A program made the translations under genes and the position numbers. 58,855 nt of DNA. Origin: Trypethelium eluteriae (Eukaryota). The notes under the pieces are model-generated. The model made no database searches. It was not told the DNA's origin and saw nothing but the letters and a program-made list of their open reading frames with translations. The stretch lies in contig JAVECL010000010.1 in NCBI GenBank assembly GCA_051942245.1, positions 62,001 through 120,855 on the forward strand. The letters run 5' to 3'. Positions 33,591 to 47,325 of this stretch are shown here, in pieces (the stretch's first letter is position 1; each line of letters begins with the position of its first letter).

Positions 33591-36500
33591 ATGAGCCAGT
33601 CGAGAGAAGTGGAGACTGAAAACACCCTACATCACAACTTTGAATTCCCTCTGGACTATTACCTAAGTATCACAACAGAGAATCGGATCCTCTCCTGGGA
33701 TGCCAATGACCTCCGAACAATTTTTCAGTCGAAATCTGGGGGTATCCTCAGTGCCAAGGCAATCGAAGATGGCGGAAGCAAACTGGCCGTTGCAGATAGC
33801 CAAGTTGTTCTCCTTCACGATTACGAGCGCGGTTCATCGAAGACGTACAATTTAAAGGGTACAGATGCAAGTTGTAATGCTTATGCCGTAGCAACGAGCA
33901 GGTATTGACGTGTCAATACAGGACGAAGTTCGGCTTCTTACGTACTCGAGAGATTCGAAATGCCTGTTTTTCACGACATCACTACAAAATGCCGTGCAAC
34001 GCTATTCTATCAATGAATCCCGCCTCCTCAACCCTGGATGCGCCCATCCTTCTCCTCCGACTGTCCTAGCTGTGTCGCCGAGTTCTCATTTACTGGTCTC
34101 TGTGTCTGCTACTCCACCGGTCGTTTTTCTTCAAAATCTCACATATGGGACATCACCTCTGCTACTAAATCCAATAGCTTCAACTAGCGCAGTGACCATA
34201 GCTACGTTCCATCCTCAACGAACGAACATATTTCTTCTAGGATTCTCGGATGGTACGGTCGCGGCATACGATGCGACCAAGGTATTTGGAGACGGGTCCA
34301 TCAAAACATCTGCAGAGCTTGCAAAGAGTGGTGGGATGGGAGAAATTGGACACTTGAAGAAATTGCATGGGGTCATTACGCGGCAAGAGACGAAAGGCAA
34401 CACGGCACGTGGAGAAGGCTCAATTGATGTTCTCCTTGGTAGTCGGGCTGAGAGCGTTACGGCAGCAGCGTTCATGCCGGGTCATAAAGCACGTGCCGTG
34501 ACTGTAGGTGCAGATGCTAAGTGTCGCTTAATCGACTTCCGAGGCGGTTCCACAATTTTACGCACTTGGAAGATGAGAGCTCCGGCTACTTCTCTATCGA
34601 TCCTGTCCCTGAAATCAGATCGCCGGACACAGAGCCAGTTGTCGCACGATGGGCCCAAGGCCATAAATCAGAAACGGTCCCGTCAAGAAGCTTGCAAAGA
34701 TACAGCTTCTAGCAGCAATATGCTTACGGATAGCCTGCTCGCTGTCGGGCGGGTCGATGGCAAAGTTGCCTTATTTGATAGTGTTGGTACATGGCTGACT
34801 GAGCGGGAAATGGACCCCCAAGCTAATCCTGTCATTGATGTTGAATGGGTACAAGGGGCCATACCAAAGCCGATCCTGGAGTCAGGTGGTGGACCAGACC
34901 TCTTACATTCGAGGGATGTTGGTCCTGAGATAGATGATCAGACGAGCCGCGAGAGCAGGGCTGAACTTCGTTCACCTGGAGCTAGTCCTACCGGTACTAA
35001 AAGAAAGCATTCCGGGACTGCCTACCAAGTGACTGGCGGCTACGACCAAGAAGAAGGCGAAGCGAATTTCAAGCGACGAGCCAGGTCGCCAACCGTCGGA
35101 GATAGAGGATTGGCTCAGCCAATCGACTACTTGGACCTTTTTTCACCTGTGAAGAAAAATCTCCCACCCGATTCTGGAGCTGGTAATGCAGATTCAAACG
35201 CTATACTCAGGAAAAAGAGTGTTAGCTTTGAGCAAAATGAAGTTGTAGGACGCCAGTCTGATCCGCCATCTCCTCCAACAAAGCCGTCGTTATCGTCGCC
35301 ACCAAATGACCTTTCCGAGCGAGCTAAGTCGGTTACTTCTTCTCAAGAAGACAGTGCTCAAAGAGGTGCTCAGTCCAATGCAATTCGACCGTCGACAGTA
35401 ATGAACAAGTCCTTTCGTCGCATGGGCTCCCCATTTATGGATGACGCGAACTCATTAGACTCGTCGAATTCCATCGATTCACGATCCGATGGGGCATCTC
35501 TCGAGCATTCTAATCTACTTGCGGACCTCAAACGAATTGGAAACCGTGGCTCCAGCAGTAACAGAAGCGGAACTGCTTTATTCGCGCCATACATGAAACC
35601 TGCACTAAAACCATCCATCCGTAATGACAAAGATAGAGAAGAAAACAGAACGTCACACTCGAAAACGTCACACTCTAAAAATGGCAGCAGCGAGTTGGAA
35701 AATTCGTCCAGTGCAGTCAAAAGCGAGAGTTCCAGCACGTCCGGACAAAGTAACGGCACCAGCGAAGACATCTGGCTGGAATCCTCCAGTCCCGCCAAAC
35801 ATTCCCGATCTCGCCGTCGCCCTCCACTACCACCACGTTCGGCACTCAATCAGACCGCGACCGCTTCTCCTCCCATCTCCCCGAAAAATAGTCTCCCCTC
35901 ACCATCTCGATCCAAAAGTCCACCCCAGCCCCCCTCGCATCCCGCCCTCCGAAGCGATCTGTCTGTCAATCCTTCTACAACCGAGCCGTTTCCTCCATTC
36001 GAAACCGCATCCGTACCCACCGACTTCTCCGGCATATCCCCTGCGTCCTCTTCGACCGTTTCTCCCAGCGCTCTCAAGCCTGCCGATCCTTACCGCAACG
36101 TGTACAGTCCTTCTAACCGTGTTGACACTGGCCCCTTGCTCTTTTACCAGGAAGCCATCGAGCACCATCCGCCTCCATCCCGACGGCAAAGCATTGCAAA
36201 TCGACTGAAGCCGCGGCTGACGCCGTCAAATGCTGGGGAGCTAGGGGCAGAGAAAAATGATGGAAAAGAAGGGCCCGAAAGGAGGACTGGCTGGAACCAG
36301 GTCAAGGAGGTGCTGAGTCCACGGCGCAGGAGGGAGCGAGAGGAAGCGAGGGCAAGAGAGAGAGAGCGAGAGGAAGGTAGGGAGGTAGAAAGACGGGAGG
36401 CGTTGACGAAAGAGGCGGAAAGGAGGGAGAAGGAGAAGGAAGTGAAAAGGAGAGAGGAGAAGGAGAAGGAGGCGAAAAGGAGAGAGGATGTTGAGCGAGA

Positions 36501-36840
36501 GTTGAAAAGAGAAGAGGAGCACATAGCGTCCAGAGAACTCGAGCGCATTCGACTTCAGGGGCGGATGCGGGAATGGCTCCCTTCCATCGAGGTGCGTGGT
36601 TCGGAGCTTTACGTAAAGCCGGAGTTTCCCATTTCGGGAAATGAGTATCCGAAAGTTGGGCCTGAGACCGCACAACCGCGTAAGGAGCACCCACGAAGGG
36701 AACAATCACGAAAAGAGGAGTCAGGGCATGCATGTCATTGTACAGAGTGTCCGCATCTAAGGGGCGAGTTGCAGAAGCTAAAGAACGAGGTGGCACACCT
36801 GAGAGCAGAGATATTAGTTCTAAAAGGCGGAGATCCTTGA
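33591..36840 (+). CDS. N-terminal WD40 propeller, disordered linker and C-terminal coiled-coil protein; NEDD1/GCP-WD-like
   Basis: GC-AG intron 33867-33921 joins the two ORFs in frame. WD blades (FHPQRTNIFLLGFSDGTVAAYD, AVTVGADAKCRLID, LLAVGRVDGKVALFD) and terminal heptads LRGELQKLKNEVAHLRAEILVL. Confidence 0.85.
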
Positions 36841-37282
36841 GGCGTTTCAGGGAAGTTCTATAGAGCGTTGGTGTTAGGATACTACTAGTGGCATAGCATG
36901 CGGTGCTTAACATATCTCGCTTGGGATGATACGTTCGTTTTGCTTGTATGGTTTGGCGTTGTTCATGTTTGCTGCTATGCTCTCTAGATACCCTGCAGTC
37001 ATGCTCCTGAAATGCATTTTATGACGTGAATCTTTTGTACAAGAGCATGGATATGTTCGTCTATGGTATCACGTTGATCAATCTAAAATACAGTGAACTC
37101 TCACATCCAAGGCACCGCCTCAATGCTTTTCTGCCGCCTATGCATACATGAGTCACCTGCTCGCGTACGAGCCAGCGATGATCGCAATCCGAAAATCTAA
37201 CAACCTCAAGTCTAGGTGTCTGTAGCTATCGTTAGAGAACCTGGAGACGAGTAAAACATCAGTGCTCAGCGCGAGGGTTGAG

Positions 37283-39890
37283 CTATTTCTTATGTTTCTC
37301 CGCCATTTCCTTTTCATGCTTAGCCATTAACTCCCTTTGCGTCTGAGGTAGAACGGGGGAATAGTGAGAGAACTCCATTGTCTGTGAAGTAGTCAGCACG
37401 GCGGATCGGAAGATGGGAATGAGGCTCGCATACATATTCTCCCTTTCCTTGAGTAGCAGCTCTGATATGACTCGATATGCCAAACTTTCATACCGCAGAT
37501 CAGCTAGGTTGACTCAAAATCCATTGTCGTCTGTGATTAGACTTACCATGTTACTCAACGGCGTATCCGCCCACACTGTAAAATCTTCGGTACCAACTTC
37601 CGAATCATTTATCACCGCGTTGCGCTTATTCAACAAGCCGACCACATTGCCCTGGAATTCACTCGGGGCGACGACCGTCGTCTTCATCATTGGCTCCAGG
37701 ACCTGCCCGTTCTTCGCGCTGAACGTCTTGCGCACCGCTTGCATCGTTGCGATCTTGAACGCGTTCTCAGAAGAATCGGTCGAGTGAATGGCTCCATCCT
37801 GCATCACCATACTCGAGCCCAAGACTTTGTGTCCCAGTAGCGGTCCCTTTTCGCACGCTTCGTTGAATCCCTTTTCACACGCATATATGTACTTCTCGGG
37901 AATATTGCCTCCTGTCACCGTACTCTCGAAAGAGTTCTCCGCTAGCGCACCTGTTGGTTCCATATATCCGATGACCCGCGCGTAATCACCAGCACCGCCG
38001 GTCTGTTTCTTGAGAAGGTGATCGAAGGGAACCTTCTGCGTGAGGGTCTCGCGGTAGGCGACCTGAGGCTGACCCGTCTCACAGTCGACCTTGTATTCGC
38101 GGCGCATACGCTCGACGTAGATATCCAGGTGGAGTTCGCCCATACCTGAGATAATAGTCTCTTGGGATTCAGGGTCGACATGGACACGGAAGGTCGGGTC
38201 TTCGCGCTGGAAACGGTTCATGGCTTTGGAGAAGTTGGCACCATCTTTGCTTTGCTTCGGTTTGATAGACAGGGAGATGACGGGTTCGGGGACAAACATA
38301 GATGTCATAGTGTAGCCGAGAGAGCCATCAGTGAAAGTGTCGCCTGAGGCGCAGTCGACGCCGAATACAGCGCAGATCTCGCCGGCACCAATCTCTGGAA
38401 CCTCTTCCATCTCATTTGAGTGCATTCGCACTATTCTTGGGACCTTGACCTTTTTGTCGGTCCGGGCATTAAACACCGTCATTCCTTTTTTAAGTGATCC
38501 CTGGTAAACTCGGATATATGTCAATTGGCCGAAATTGCTTTCTTCGAGCTTGAAAGCCAGACCAACGAATGGCAGTGATTGATAAGAAACAAGTTTGACA
38601 GGTACCTCGGACCGTGACCTGTCCAAGGCAAGATTTTCAACCTCGGAAGGATTTGGAAGAAAGTCGCAAACGGCATCTAGCATAGGCTGAACAGACGTAT
38701 CCGCAAGCGCAGATCCCATGAAAACCGGCGAGAATTTACGCGAGATTGTTGCTCTTCTGACAGCAGCTTTCATCTGTTCTGGTGTCGGTGTCCGCTCGTC
38801 CAGAAATATCTCGGCTATATCTTCGTCAACATCCGCCAGTGTTTCGATTAGCTTCGCTCTTCTTTCCTCAGCCAAGCTCTTAACCTCCGCAGGTATCTCA
38901 TCCTTCTCCACGATTATCTCTCCCTTTTGCCCTTCATTGTAGATAGCCTTCATACGAATCAGATCGACGACCCCTCTGAATTCGTCCTCAGTGCCGATGG
39001 GGACCTGCATAGCAGCTGCTGGGAGTCGAAGTTTCTGGTTGATCTGCTCAATGGCTTTGAATGGATTTGCGCCCATGCGATCCATCTTGTTGATGAAAGA
39101 TATCCTTGGGACGTTGTAACGCCGCATTTGTCGATCCACCGTGATTGTTTGCGATTGAACTCCTGATACAGCGCAAAGTATCATGACAGCTCCATCTAGA
39201 ACCCTCAATGCTCTCTCTACCTCTATTGTGAAGTCTATATGGCCGGGGGTATCGATCAAATTAATATGATACCTCTGCTCCTTTCCATCCTCTGTCTTGA
39301 GCCAGTCGCAGAATGTCGCTGCGGACTGAATTGTGATACCCTTTTCTCTCTCCAAATCCATGGAGTCCATTTTCGCACCGATTGCATCCTTTCCTCGAAC
39401 TTCGTGAATAGACTTTATTCGCCCGGTGTAAAAAAGGACACGCTCTGTAGCTGTAGTTTTGCCGCTGTCAATATGCGCCTGTCGATTTTAGTCACCCGCA
39501 TACATGTGTTCCGAATCATGACATACAGCAATACCAATATTACGAACTTTAGACAAGCGTGCAGCCTCTTGAGGATCAAGGTTCTGGATAATGGTTTCTT
39601 GGGCCAGAGTTTGGGGGTCTTCAGTAGCTTGCTCAAGTCTGATGTTAAAGTTAGCTTCGCTGGCTGCCCGAGTCTTTTCTCTGTACTCACACTGCAGCTG
39701 CGGCTCCGGACTGATGCCGTCTTGCTCTCCATGACCAAGGATCTGCAGAAGGGGTGATGGTAGCGGGTCGTAGAACAGCGGCCGAGGCGTATCGCCGTTG
39801 TATCACCCTTAAGGGTGCCGTGCATTGTGAGACACCGAGACGTGAGCAAAGAGCTCGGGTCCCAGCTCTACCCACGGCATTGACCCTCAT
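37283..39890 (-). CDS. MEF1: Mitochondrial elongation factor G1, multi-exon
   Basis: Arg-rich presequence; [47 protein letters not shown] and the TQGKGEY/TMEFSHY C-terminus assembled across GT-AG introns. Confidence 0.96.
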
Positions 39891-40183
39891 TGACGGAACG
39901 TAGCAGGAGCTGAAGAGGAAATGGGTTGGGACGAGAAACCTGAAGATCGTCGACGCGAAGATCAAAAAATTGATCGGAGGTCGGAGTTTGCGAAATGGGA
40001 ACGAGGTCACGTGCTCTCAGAGCAACTGTCAAGGACAAAGGGGAGTATTCTACCGTGAAGGAGAGATATATAGGTACTTTACTGGGATCGTAATATCTTC
40101 TGGCATACGGCTATGTAGGTAAATCATGTCTCGTCATCTCCGTCTTTCTGAACGCCGCGTAAGAAGGGCGATTGGACCCTTAT

Positions 40184-42071
40184 TCAGAGCATCACCAATC
40201 CAATGCCTCCAGCTTGCTTCTCGTCCACCTGATTTGCTTTGTTCAGCCCTCCCGTGACAGGTGCTGTGCGATAATTGTAGAGATAATAGTGGAGCAGTCC
40301 ATCACCCGGGCCAAATTTCTGGTCCTCAAGAAATAGTGGGTTATCGAGATGGGTGAGTGCGTTGAAAACATCGAATTTGGCCTGCAGCACGTTAGGTATT
40401 AACTTAGAGGGACGAAGAGAGTCGAGTTACCTCCTTTGCAAGAATCAAGGCATCCTTCATCAATGCATTCAGTCGGGCCTTGTATGCAGCCTTATCGTTT
40501 CCGAATGCGGCCTCGGAGGCATAGTAAAATAGATATGCAGCCTTGATGGTATCGTATTTTTTGGCATTAATGATCGTCGACTCTAGGATGTAGAAAGAAA
40601 AGAAATCGGTTATTTTGTGAGTCTCTGGATCCTCAGAAACATAGGCCCAAACAACCCGCTCGGGTGCGCTGGGATCTGCATGATCTATTAGCCAATGTTG
40701 TACTTCTTCTTTGGTGAACAATGGTGCCAGCTCTGTTCGCGCAAGGTATCTTTTGAGCAGATCAAGAATGGCTTCAACGTCTTTAGTCTCCATTGGTCGT
40801 AGGCCCTGAATCTCTGTTTGCGTCGGAAGCTTGTATCTCGCAATTTGACGCAACGGAGTACTGCCGGGAGGCAATGGAGAGAACTCTACGTCGTACAGTT
40901 TCTGCCAGTCAAGACTGCGGTGAAAGTAACGGCACGTTGCCACAGGAGTAGGAATGAGGGTACCCGCCGTGTAAACTGCTTGGTATATACCGGAGAGATG
41001 GGTACGTCGCGTGATTTCCTTGATGAGGACAGGAGCCAGACGCTTCTGGCGGACTTTCTTGTGGTTACACATGAAGTTTATTTCTGTGCAGCTGATTGTT
41101 CTCTGGCGGACACGCATATTGACCGGGATTCCTGATATGAACGCCACAAGTTTTTGTGATTGTGAAGCACGAACGCCTACGTGCCATTCTTTTCGCCAGC
41201 CAGGTGCCATAAGCGCCCTTCGTTTATTAGTACATCATCTCATCGAATTTGGTGAAAACCTTACCATTTCAGGAACGAGGAGGAGTACTTGAAGCGAAAC
41301 ATTGATTCATGGTCCTCAACGTAGTGGTTAGAAAGAAGGTCATAGACTTCGTCATGCTAAAGCGTATCAGCTTTATTGTGCTTTTGTGACAGCAAATGAC
41401 CGTAGACCTACTTGCTGAGGGTCAGTCAAATCCATGGTAACCCACTCGAAGCCAGCAGGTAGCGGAGCGGGTTCTTTGGGCACTCTCTCGGGATCGACAG
41501 CTTGGATTTCGCCTTCTTCTGACGGCTGATCATCAAATTTTGGAACAGGCTGAGTCTTCCAGAATTTGTATTGAGCTAAATCTTTTTGATGCGGAGCAGC
41601 GGCACCCTGGCGTCGCAGAAGTCAGTCTTAGCAAGCCTACACTCCGGATGAAAATGTGGAGCAGAATGAAAGAATATGTACCGCTCCAGTCACCATATCT
41701 CCAAGCGAGAGCTTTTTTATGAAGTCTTGAATTTCAGACGGACTTTTGCGTTCGAGCTCATCCTTCAAACTGGGATTAATTTGGGCAAGTTGGTTGAGCT
41801 GCTCTTGGCTAAGTTGAGGTTTTGTATCAGCTTTCCCAGAACCCTCAGGGTCTTTGCGACCTGTCAGAGCTTCCTTGAGCTTCTTCTTCTTGGACATCTT
41901 TTTCTTTTTACTCGATCCTGTTGCCGCAGCCCCTCCATCTTGGTGGTCCCCAGGACCTTCTTCACCTGAATGATCGTCCTCATCCGATTCGACACCAGCT
42001 TGAGCTAGCACCTCTTCAGAGTCACCTTTGGCTCTCTCCCTATCGGTAGTATGGAGCTCATCAGGCATCAT
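40184..42071 (-). CDS. NMT1: Glycylpeptide N-tetradecanoyltransferase (N-myristoyltransferase), multi-exon
   Basis: [54 protein letters not shown] and [16 protein letters not shown]. Confidence 0.97.
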
Positions 42072-42857
42072 GGACTGACATTTGCGTACATGGAGGAAGG
42101 AATATGCTGAGTATCAGGCAGAGGTTTATGTTTGCCTCTAGCGTGAACTAGGTAACCTCGGCTAGAGTTGCCCAAGTCTTTCAGTGGAGATCAAACTCCC
42201 TCCAAGATATTCACTCCGCGGCTTCTGGGGTTCTGGTCCAGCCATACCGGCCTTGCAAGGTCTGGATAGGCAAGGCCACTTTCCTAAAGATGTTTATTTG
42301 CGAGGTTCGTGAATAAGCTCTATGGAAACATAAATTCGGACTGAGTCTAACCAAGTATCTTAGCGGTCCGTTAGAGGTAGGGGTTTCAACTGATTATGGC
42401 TTCCCAAAAAAAGGTGTGTACTGTTCATATCTCTTTCTCTTCCTAGATTCGAGCGCTTGCGGTAATATCTCAAGCTACCGTCCACGTTCGATCAAACAAA
42501 TACCGATTGCAGCGCTCCTGAGTTCAGCAAGGACACGCTTGTATGCGATAACTTTTGTCCCTTCCCACATAATTGATAACCCTGCTTCCTTGGATGCGAC
42601 AGACTAGAAACCACACAGATAGTATTGCGGACCTGGTAGGATTTAATGGGTTCTTTTTATGCCGTGCTTAAATCCTAACTTTGTCACTACTTCAAGAAGT
42701 CACCTCTGACGTTTCAACATTCTAACTCAGTAGGTAAAATGAGGAGTGAGGAGGAAGACGCTTTCTCCTCTAAGCACCCCAATTTACTAACACGTGCGCG
42801 AGGAAACCCGGAGGCATTCCACGAGTAAGTGAAATTCGTCGACTCTCGATTATAGAT

Positions 42858-43697
42858 ATGGAACTGGCTGTCGGAGACATAGGAATCAGCGAATTCCTCT
42901 TCCGAGATATCACGCTTCTCGAGTGCAGCGTGCTAATCGCTTCTAGGATTTTAGAGAAAGATTTACGCACATTCGAGATCGGACCTGACAAAGAGCTATT
43001 CTGCATGCCCGCAGCTGTCTTGATTAAACTTTCTCATTACTTCAAAGTCCTTCTGACCGGTGATTTTGCCGAAGCTACGTCCCAAGATCCGATTTCTCTT
43101 CCTGAGGACAGCGTTGCCGCATGGACGCTGTTCAGATACTGGATCTACTACGGTGATGTCCGCCATGAGAAGAGTCATAAAACTGCATACTGCCACGTTG
43201 AGGCTCTTGCCCAGGACCTTGAAGACTTTCTCGATTTGTGGATACTGGCAGATAAAACTGGGATCAATATTCTTGAAAATCTCGCTACCAGGGAGGTTTG
43301 CCATATATTGTATGGATACAGTCTGCAAAAGCGGGTCCTCGATACAAATTATCAAGACAGTCTATCTCCCGAGGTTCTAATTCCGATGATCGAAACTATA
43401 CCTCCTGGCTCGCATATTTATACCATTCTGATGGAAGTCGTGGCCGATTCCCTCGTGGCATACGACCATGACATATTCGACTATTCAAAGCTACTTTCTA
43501 GCAAGGATTTCGTTCAAGGATATACTACAAGGCTCGTGTTCAATCTTCAGTTCGGCACGCGGTTAGACTTAGCCTTTGATCCTGAAACATATCTTCTACC
43601 CGAGGCCTTATCTGACCCTTACTTTGACTGCAAGATAAGACCGTTTCCAGGACTTCATCTTGCTGAAGAGGCAATAGGTCGGCTTAAGGAACGTTAA
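42858..43697 (+). CDS. BTB/POZ domain protein
   Basis: FEIGPDKELF..VLIKLSHYFKVLLTGDFAEA..ISLPEDS..FRYWIYYG and LWILADK, the typical fungal BTB pattern; start codon uncertain. Confidence 0.82.
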   Translation: MELAVGDIGISEFLFRDITLLECSVLIASRILEKDLRTFEIGPDKELFCMPAAVLIKLSHYFKVLLTGDFAEATSQDPISLPEDSVAAWTLFRYWIYYGDVRHEKSHKTAYCHVEALAQDLEDFLDLWILADKTGINILENLATREVCHILYGYSLQKRVLDTNYQDSLSPEVLIPMIETIPPGSHIYTILMEVVADSLVAYDHDIFDYSKLLSSKDFVQGYTTRLVFNLQFGTRLDLAFDPETYLLPEALSDPYFDCKIRPFPGLHLAEEAIGRLKER

Positions 43698-44860
43698 TTT
43701 CAGATCACCTATCAGTTCTGGAGTTCTCTTCAATGTCCCTTATTGCTTTTCCGTGAATGTCGAAACAGACTGTGCTGTTGTTTCGGCGAGTCTAACGATA
43801 CTTGTATCTGGGAACAAATTACAGCAGACGAGAAAGGCCAGAGCTTGCAGCTTACCCTGAATTAGGGGAAAGGTGATGGATGAGGCCATTTTAAGAAGCG
43901 GATTCACAAAATTTACAGACAGCTTCAATGGTGAAGGAGATCGACGACCAAATCTGCATGGAGTATTTCACTAGAAACCTTCCTCCCTTAGCTCTAGAAG
44001 CGTATTGTTTAAACGATATCAAGTTTTGCTTTGAGTCATTTCGTATCGGCACGAGCTTGGAATTGCTCCTAGTCTCATGTCTTATTCATCGTATCCCACG
44101 TCAAATATAATTCGACTAACCCATCGACTCTGGTCCATAGCATTGCTGTACTAAGAGCTCTCATACTGCACCGGGATATCTACCTCCGCTTGGGTCAATA
44201 TCTTTCCCGTCGCCGTCGTTTCATTGACAAGTATCAGGTTCGAAAAGCCCATCACCTGCACGCCCTGGTATTGTGGATCTGTCGATAGCCTGGGCCTACT
44301 GTCATGAGCCTTCGACTGCTTGCAAACGTCTTCTTCAACCCACCCCACTATACACACTGCCAGAAGGGTGGAACTCACGAAGTATTATTAGAGGACCCCT
44401 GAACCTCAATCACCGCCCCGCTCAAAACTACGCATCACTGACTAATATCAATCTTCAGATTCGAAGTCGCCCTCGGTACACCCGACTCGCCCATTCGTCG
44501 CGAAGCCTCTTTCTGTCGACTGTCCCTCGGTATCCTTGCCTGGGGTCTAACTTATAGTTGTACCTAGGTAGAGCAGCTATCTATATGTGTCTCCAATATT
44601 TGGTTTACCATTCAGTTGGTTAGGCGGAAGCCAAATTTCAGGAGAAGGAGCTTATTCATCAAGTCGCACGCATCACTAATAAGGTTTTTGCCTGACTCAC
44701 ACCAGGGAAACTAGCACTATAAAGCACATGTAAAGGCATCTTCTGGTTTCTCATTCAAATACTATGAAACGACTATATCAATCATTCTTCATCTCTCAAC
44801 AACCCATACTGCATCTCTGGAGCTCTCCTTGAGCCCCTATCATCCTCGACTGACACTAGA

Positions 44861-45859
44861 ATGACGTCCAGAACTTTCCATCCCTTCCCTAGATTGCCGA
44901 AAAAGTTGAGGGATGAAATTTGGGCTCTTTCGATTCGGCCCGAACGACCGGGTGCACACTTTTTTACCATCTTCAACAGTGACAACTCCGCTGAATTGCT
45001 TACTATGCGCCACTATGCACTGCTCCATGAACAGCGCCGCCATTGTAGCCTCGCTGCACCTCGACGCAACGTTTTAGACCCCCAAAAGCCGTCATGGACC
45101 GACGGAAATCGCTCCACATATTTGATTGACAGTGGGTTATGGGCGGCGTCCCAGGAGTCGAGAGAAGCGGCAGAGAGACATTTTCAGGTTTTGCAGTGGA
45201 GAGCGAAGATGGAGCAGCCTGTTGACGTGGATTATGAAAAACTTTAAGATCTCCCCAAGGTCCCAGCTGTCGGATCCTTCGCAGCCAACGGCGAGTGGTG
45301 GCGATGTACGACATATCCCAGATGTGATCTGTTCTGCCTCCAGCCATCGGACGCCAGCACCGTCGAGTGGGAAGCCTTGTGGGTTACTGTACCTATCTTC
45401 GATCCCGTTAATGGCTACTATGTCGGACACATTGCCCTCGACTACGATCCAGAATGGTATCATGAGCTTCTTCAAAATAATGAAACATGGACGAACCATG
45501 GTACGCTTGGATGCGCTATTAGAGCAGCGACCAACCAGGATAATTGGGTGGAGAAATTGTGGTTTATTGCTTTTCGCATTCGTAGACGTTCGCACGACTG
45601 CGCTGCAGTGGAAAAATCGGCAGGATTTCGACACCAGTTCGATGGCAACGGTTGCAGGTTCACAGAGGTGCAGTATGGCGATCCGGAATGGGACACCGAC
45701 CAAGAATGCGACATCTTTGAGTTTCTGTACTATGTTGATATCGAGGTGAGCGAATACATTCACGAATGCGTTCACATGGACGATAGCGAGGAGCCGATCA
45801 CCGACCATTACGGGGCGCCCAGCGTCGGTGTCCTGGCGTATGAAGTGGACGCTTCCTGA
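44861..45859 (+). pseudogene. 2EXR-domain protein gene interrupted by one in-frame TAA
   Basis: TFHPFPRLPKKLRDEIW N-terminal 2EXR signature. TAA at 45245-45247, after which the same frame continues (DLFCLQP, HIALDYDPEW) to 45859. Confidence 0.78.
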
Positions 45860-47325
45860 ATTGGTCCTGATTTCGCGATCTCCAGCAAGAAGGTCAGTGG
45901 AAGAGCGAATACCCACGACAGGCCATTCGAACGATGTACATGTTGGAGAGTTTCGGGTGATAACTTCGGCTGCTGTGACGCTGATCGGGCACTGGTATCG
46001 ACATGCAAGACACTTCGGGAGTAGTGGCGGATAAAGGCAATTAGCGATTCGTTAGTGTATATGTAAACAAATATCTATTCTCAGATGTAATTTACTACAC
46101 TACTCTCAGTACCTAACTGCTTTGCGGGCTACTAACCACCGCTGAATACCAGCACTAGATGGCTGATAGCCACTGGCCCTGTGAATCAAATATAGTAATG
46201 CTCTTCGTATCAGAGATGGCGTTTGAATGCGACTATTTAGGATGCTTTGGGTTCGCTTACCTCTAGTCGTAAGCCACAACTGATTAAAAACAATTTGCCC
46301 GATTATCGTCAACGACATTCTAAGTCTATAACCACGGTCTTTAATCTCAACGACACTTTAAGTAACCAGCACACTACCAATAGCTGTACAGGAAGTTACG
46401 TGTAGGGAGCATTTCTAGAAGTCCATAAAAGGACCTTGTCGACCACACAACCTGCAGCATCTGCAAAACCTCAGAAACCTCAGAACGTGCTCCATGTACA
46501 ACCTCTACGCGTCTACATCGAGTGATAAGTGGGGAAGACTAATTGAGTGTATCAAGGGCCTCTGCCCTCTGCTTTCGCAAATATGCTTCTGAACTTTTCT
46601 GAGTTCTATGCGATAAGCTATATCTATGAAATGCTGAAAAACTTGACTTCGAACAGCACGATAGGATAACACAAGATTTCGAAAGGGATCATCAAAAGAG
46701 AGCGGTATACTCCATCCCTCAGCGACACAACCAAAGAGCATCACTTGTACTATCAAGTTAATCTTGCCCCCAATCGACGCCCTCGCCCTCGCCTCTCTGT
46801 GCGTCAGCTATCACTAATCCTTTTGAATTATCTCATAAGTTAGGCTCCAGATGGCGCAGGATCTAAGGAAATGAGATTGAGATGGGAGAAGGGCGGTTGC
46901 CTAGGAGCGCCAGGCTGGCAGTCGATAGGTTCAGGGAATAAGTTTCACTTGGATACCCGGGATGAACTTGAGTGGAAAGTGTCACTGGTCATGTAAACCA
47001 GCATAATTGAAAGTCATATATGTACAGTAAATGCCTTCAATATAGCATTTTCCGAAGTGGGCTAACCCAGTGTACCTGCATGCAACTCATTCCCTGAGCC
47101 AGGTGGCAGTCACGATAGGCGTACCTGCCACTTTACAAGATGGCCATAGAATCTTGACGCCACTTAGGTACGTCAAATCTCCTTCTACACACTTCTAAAC
47201 TCATCGGAATTGGCGCTTATATCATGTTTGTTTTGCTCTAAAGGTCAAAGTATTGATTTGATATACACGTATAGCTAACAACGATGGAATCTAGATCGAT
47301 TTCAATAATTAACTCTACTCCAATA

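Noticed and set aside
36300..36530. Purine-rich repetitive tract
   Set aside because: Encodes an E/R/K charged helix within the WD40 gene; not an independent repeat element.
28071..42071. Co-location of HYPK-like and NMT1 (both N-terminal protein modification) as a functional cluster
   Set aside because: About 11.5 kb apart with unrelated genes between; no evidence beyond coincidence.
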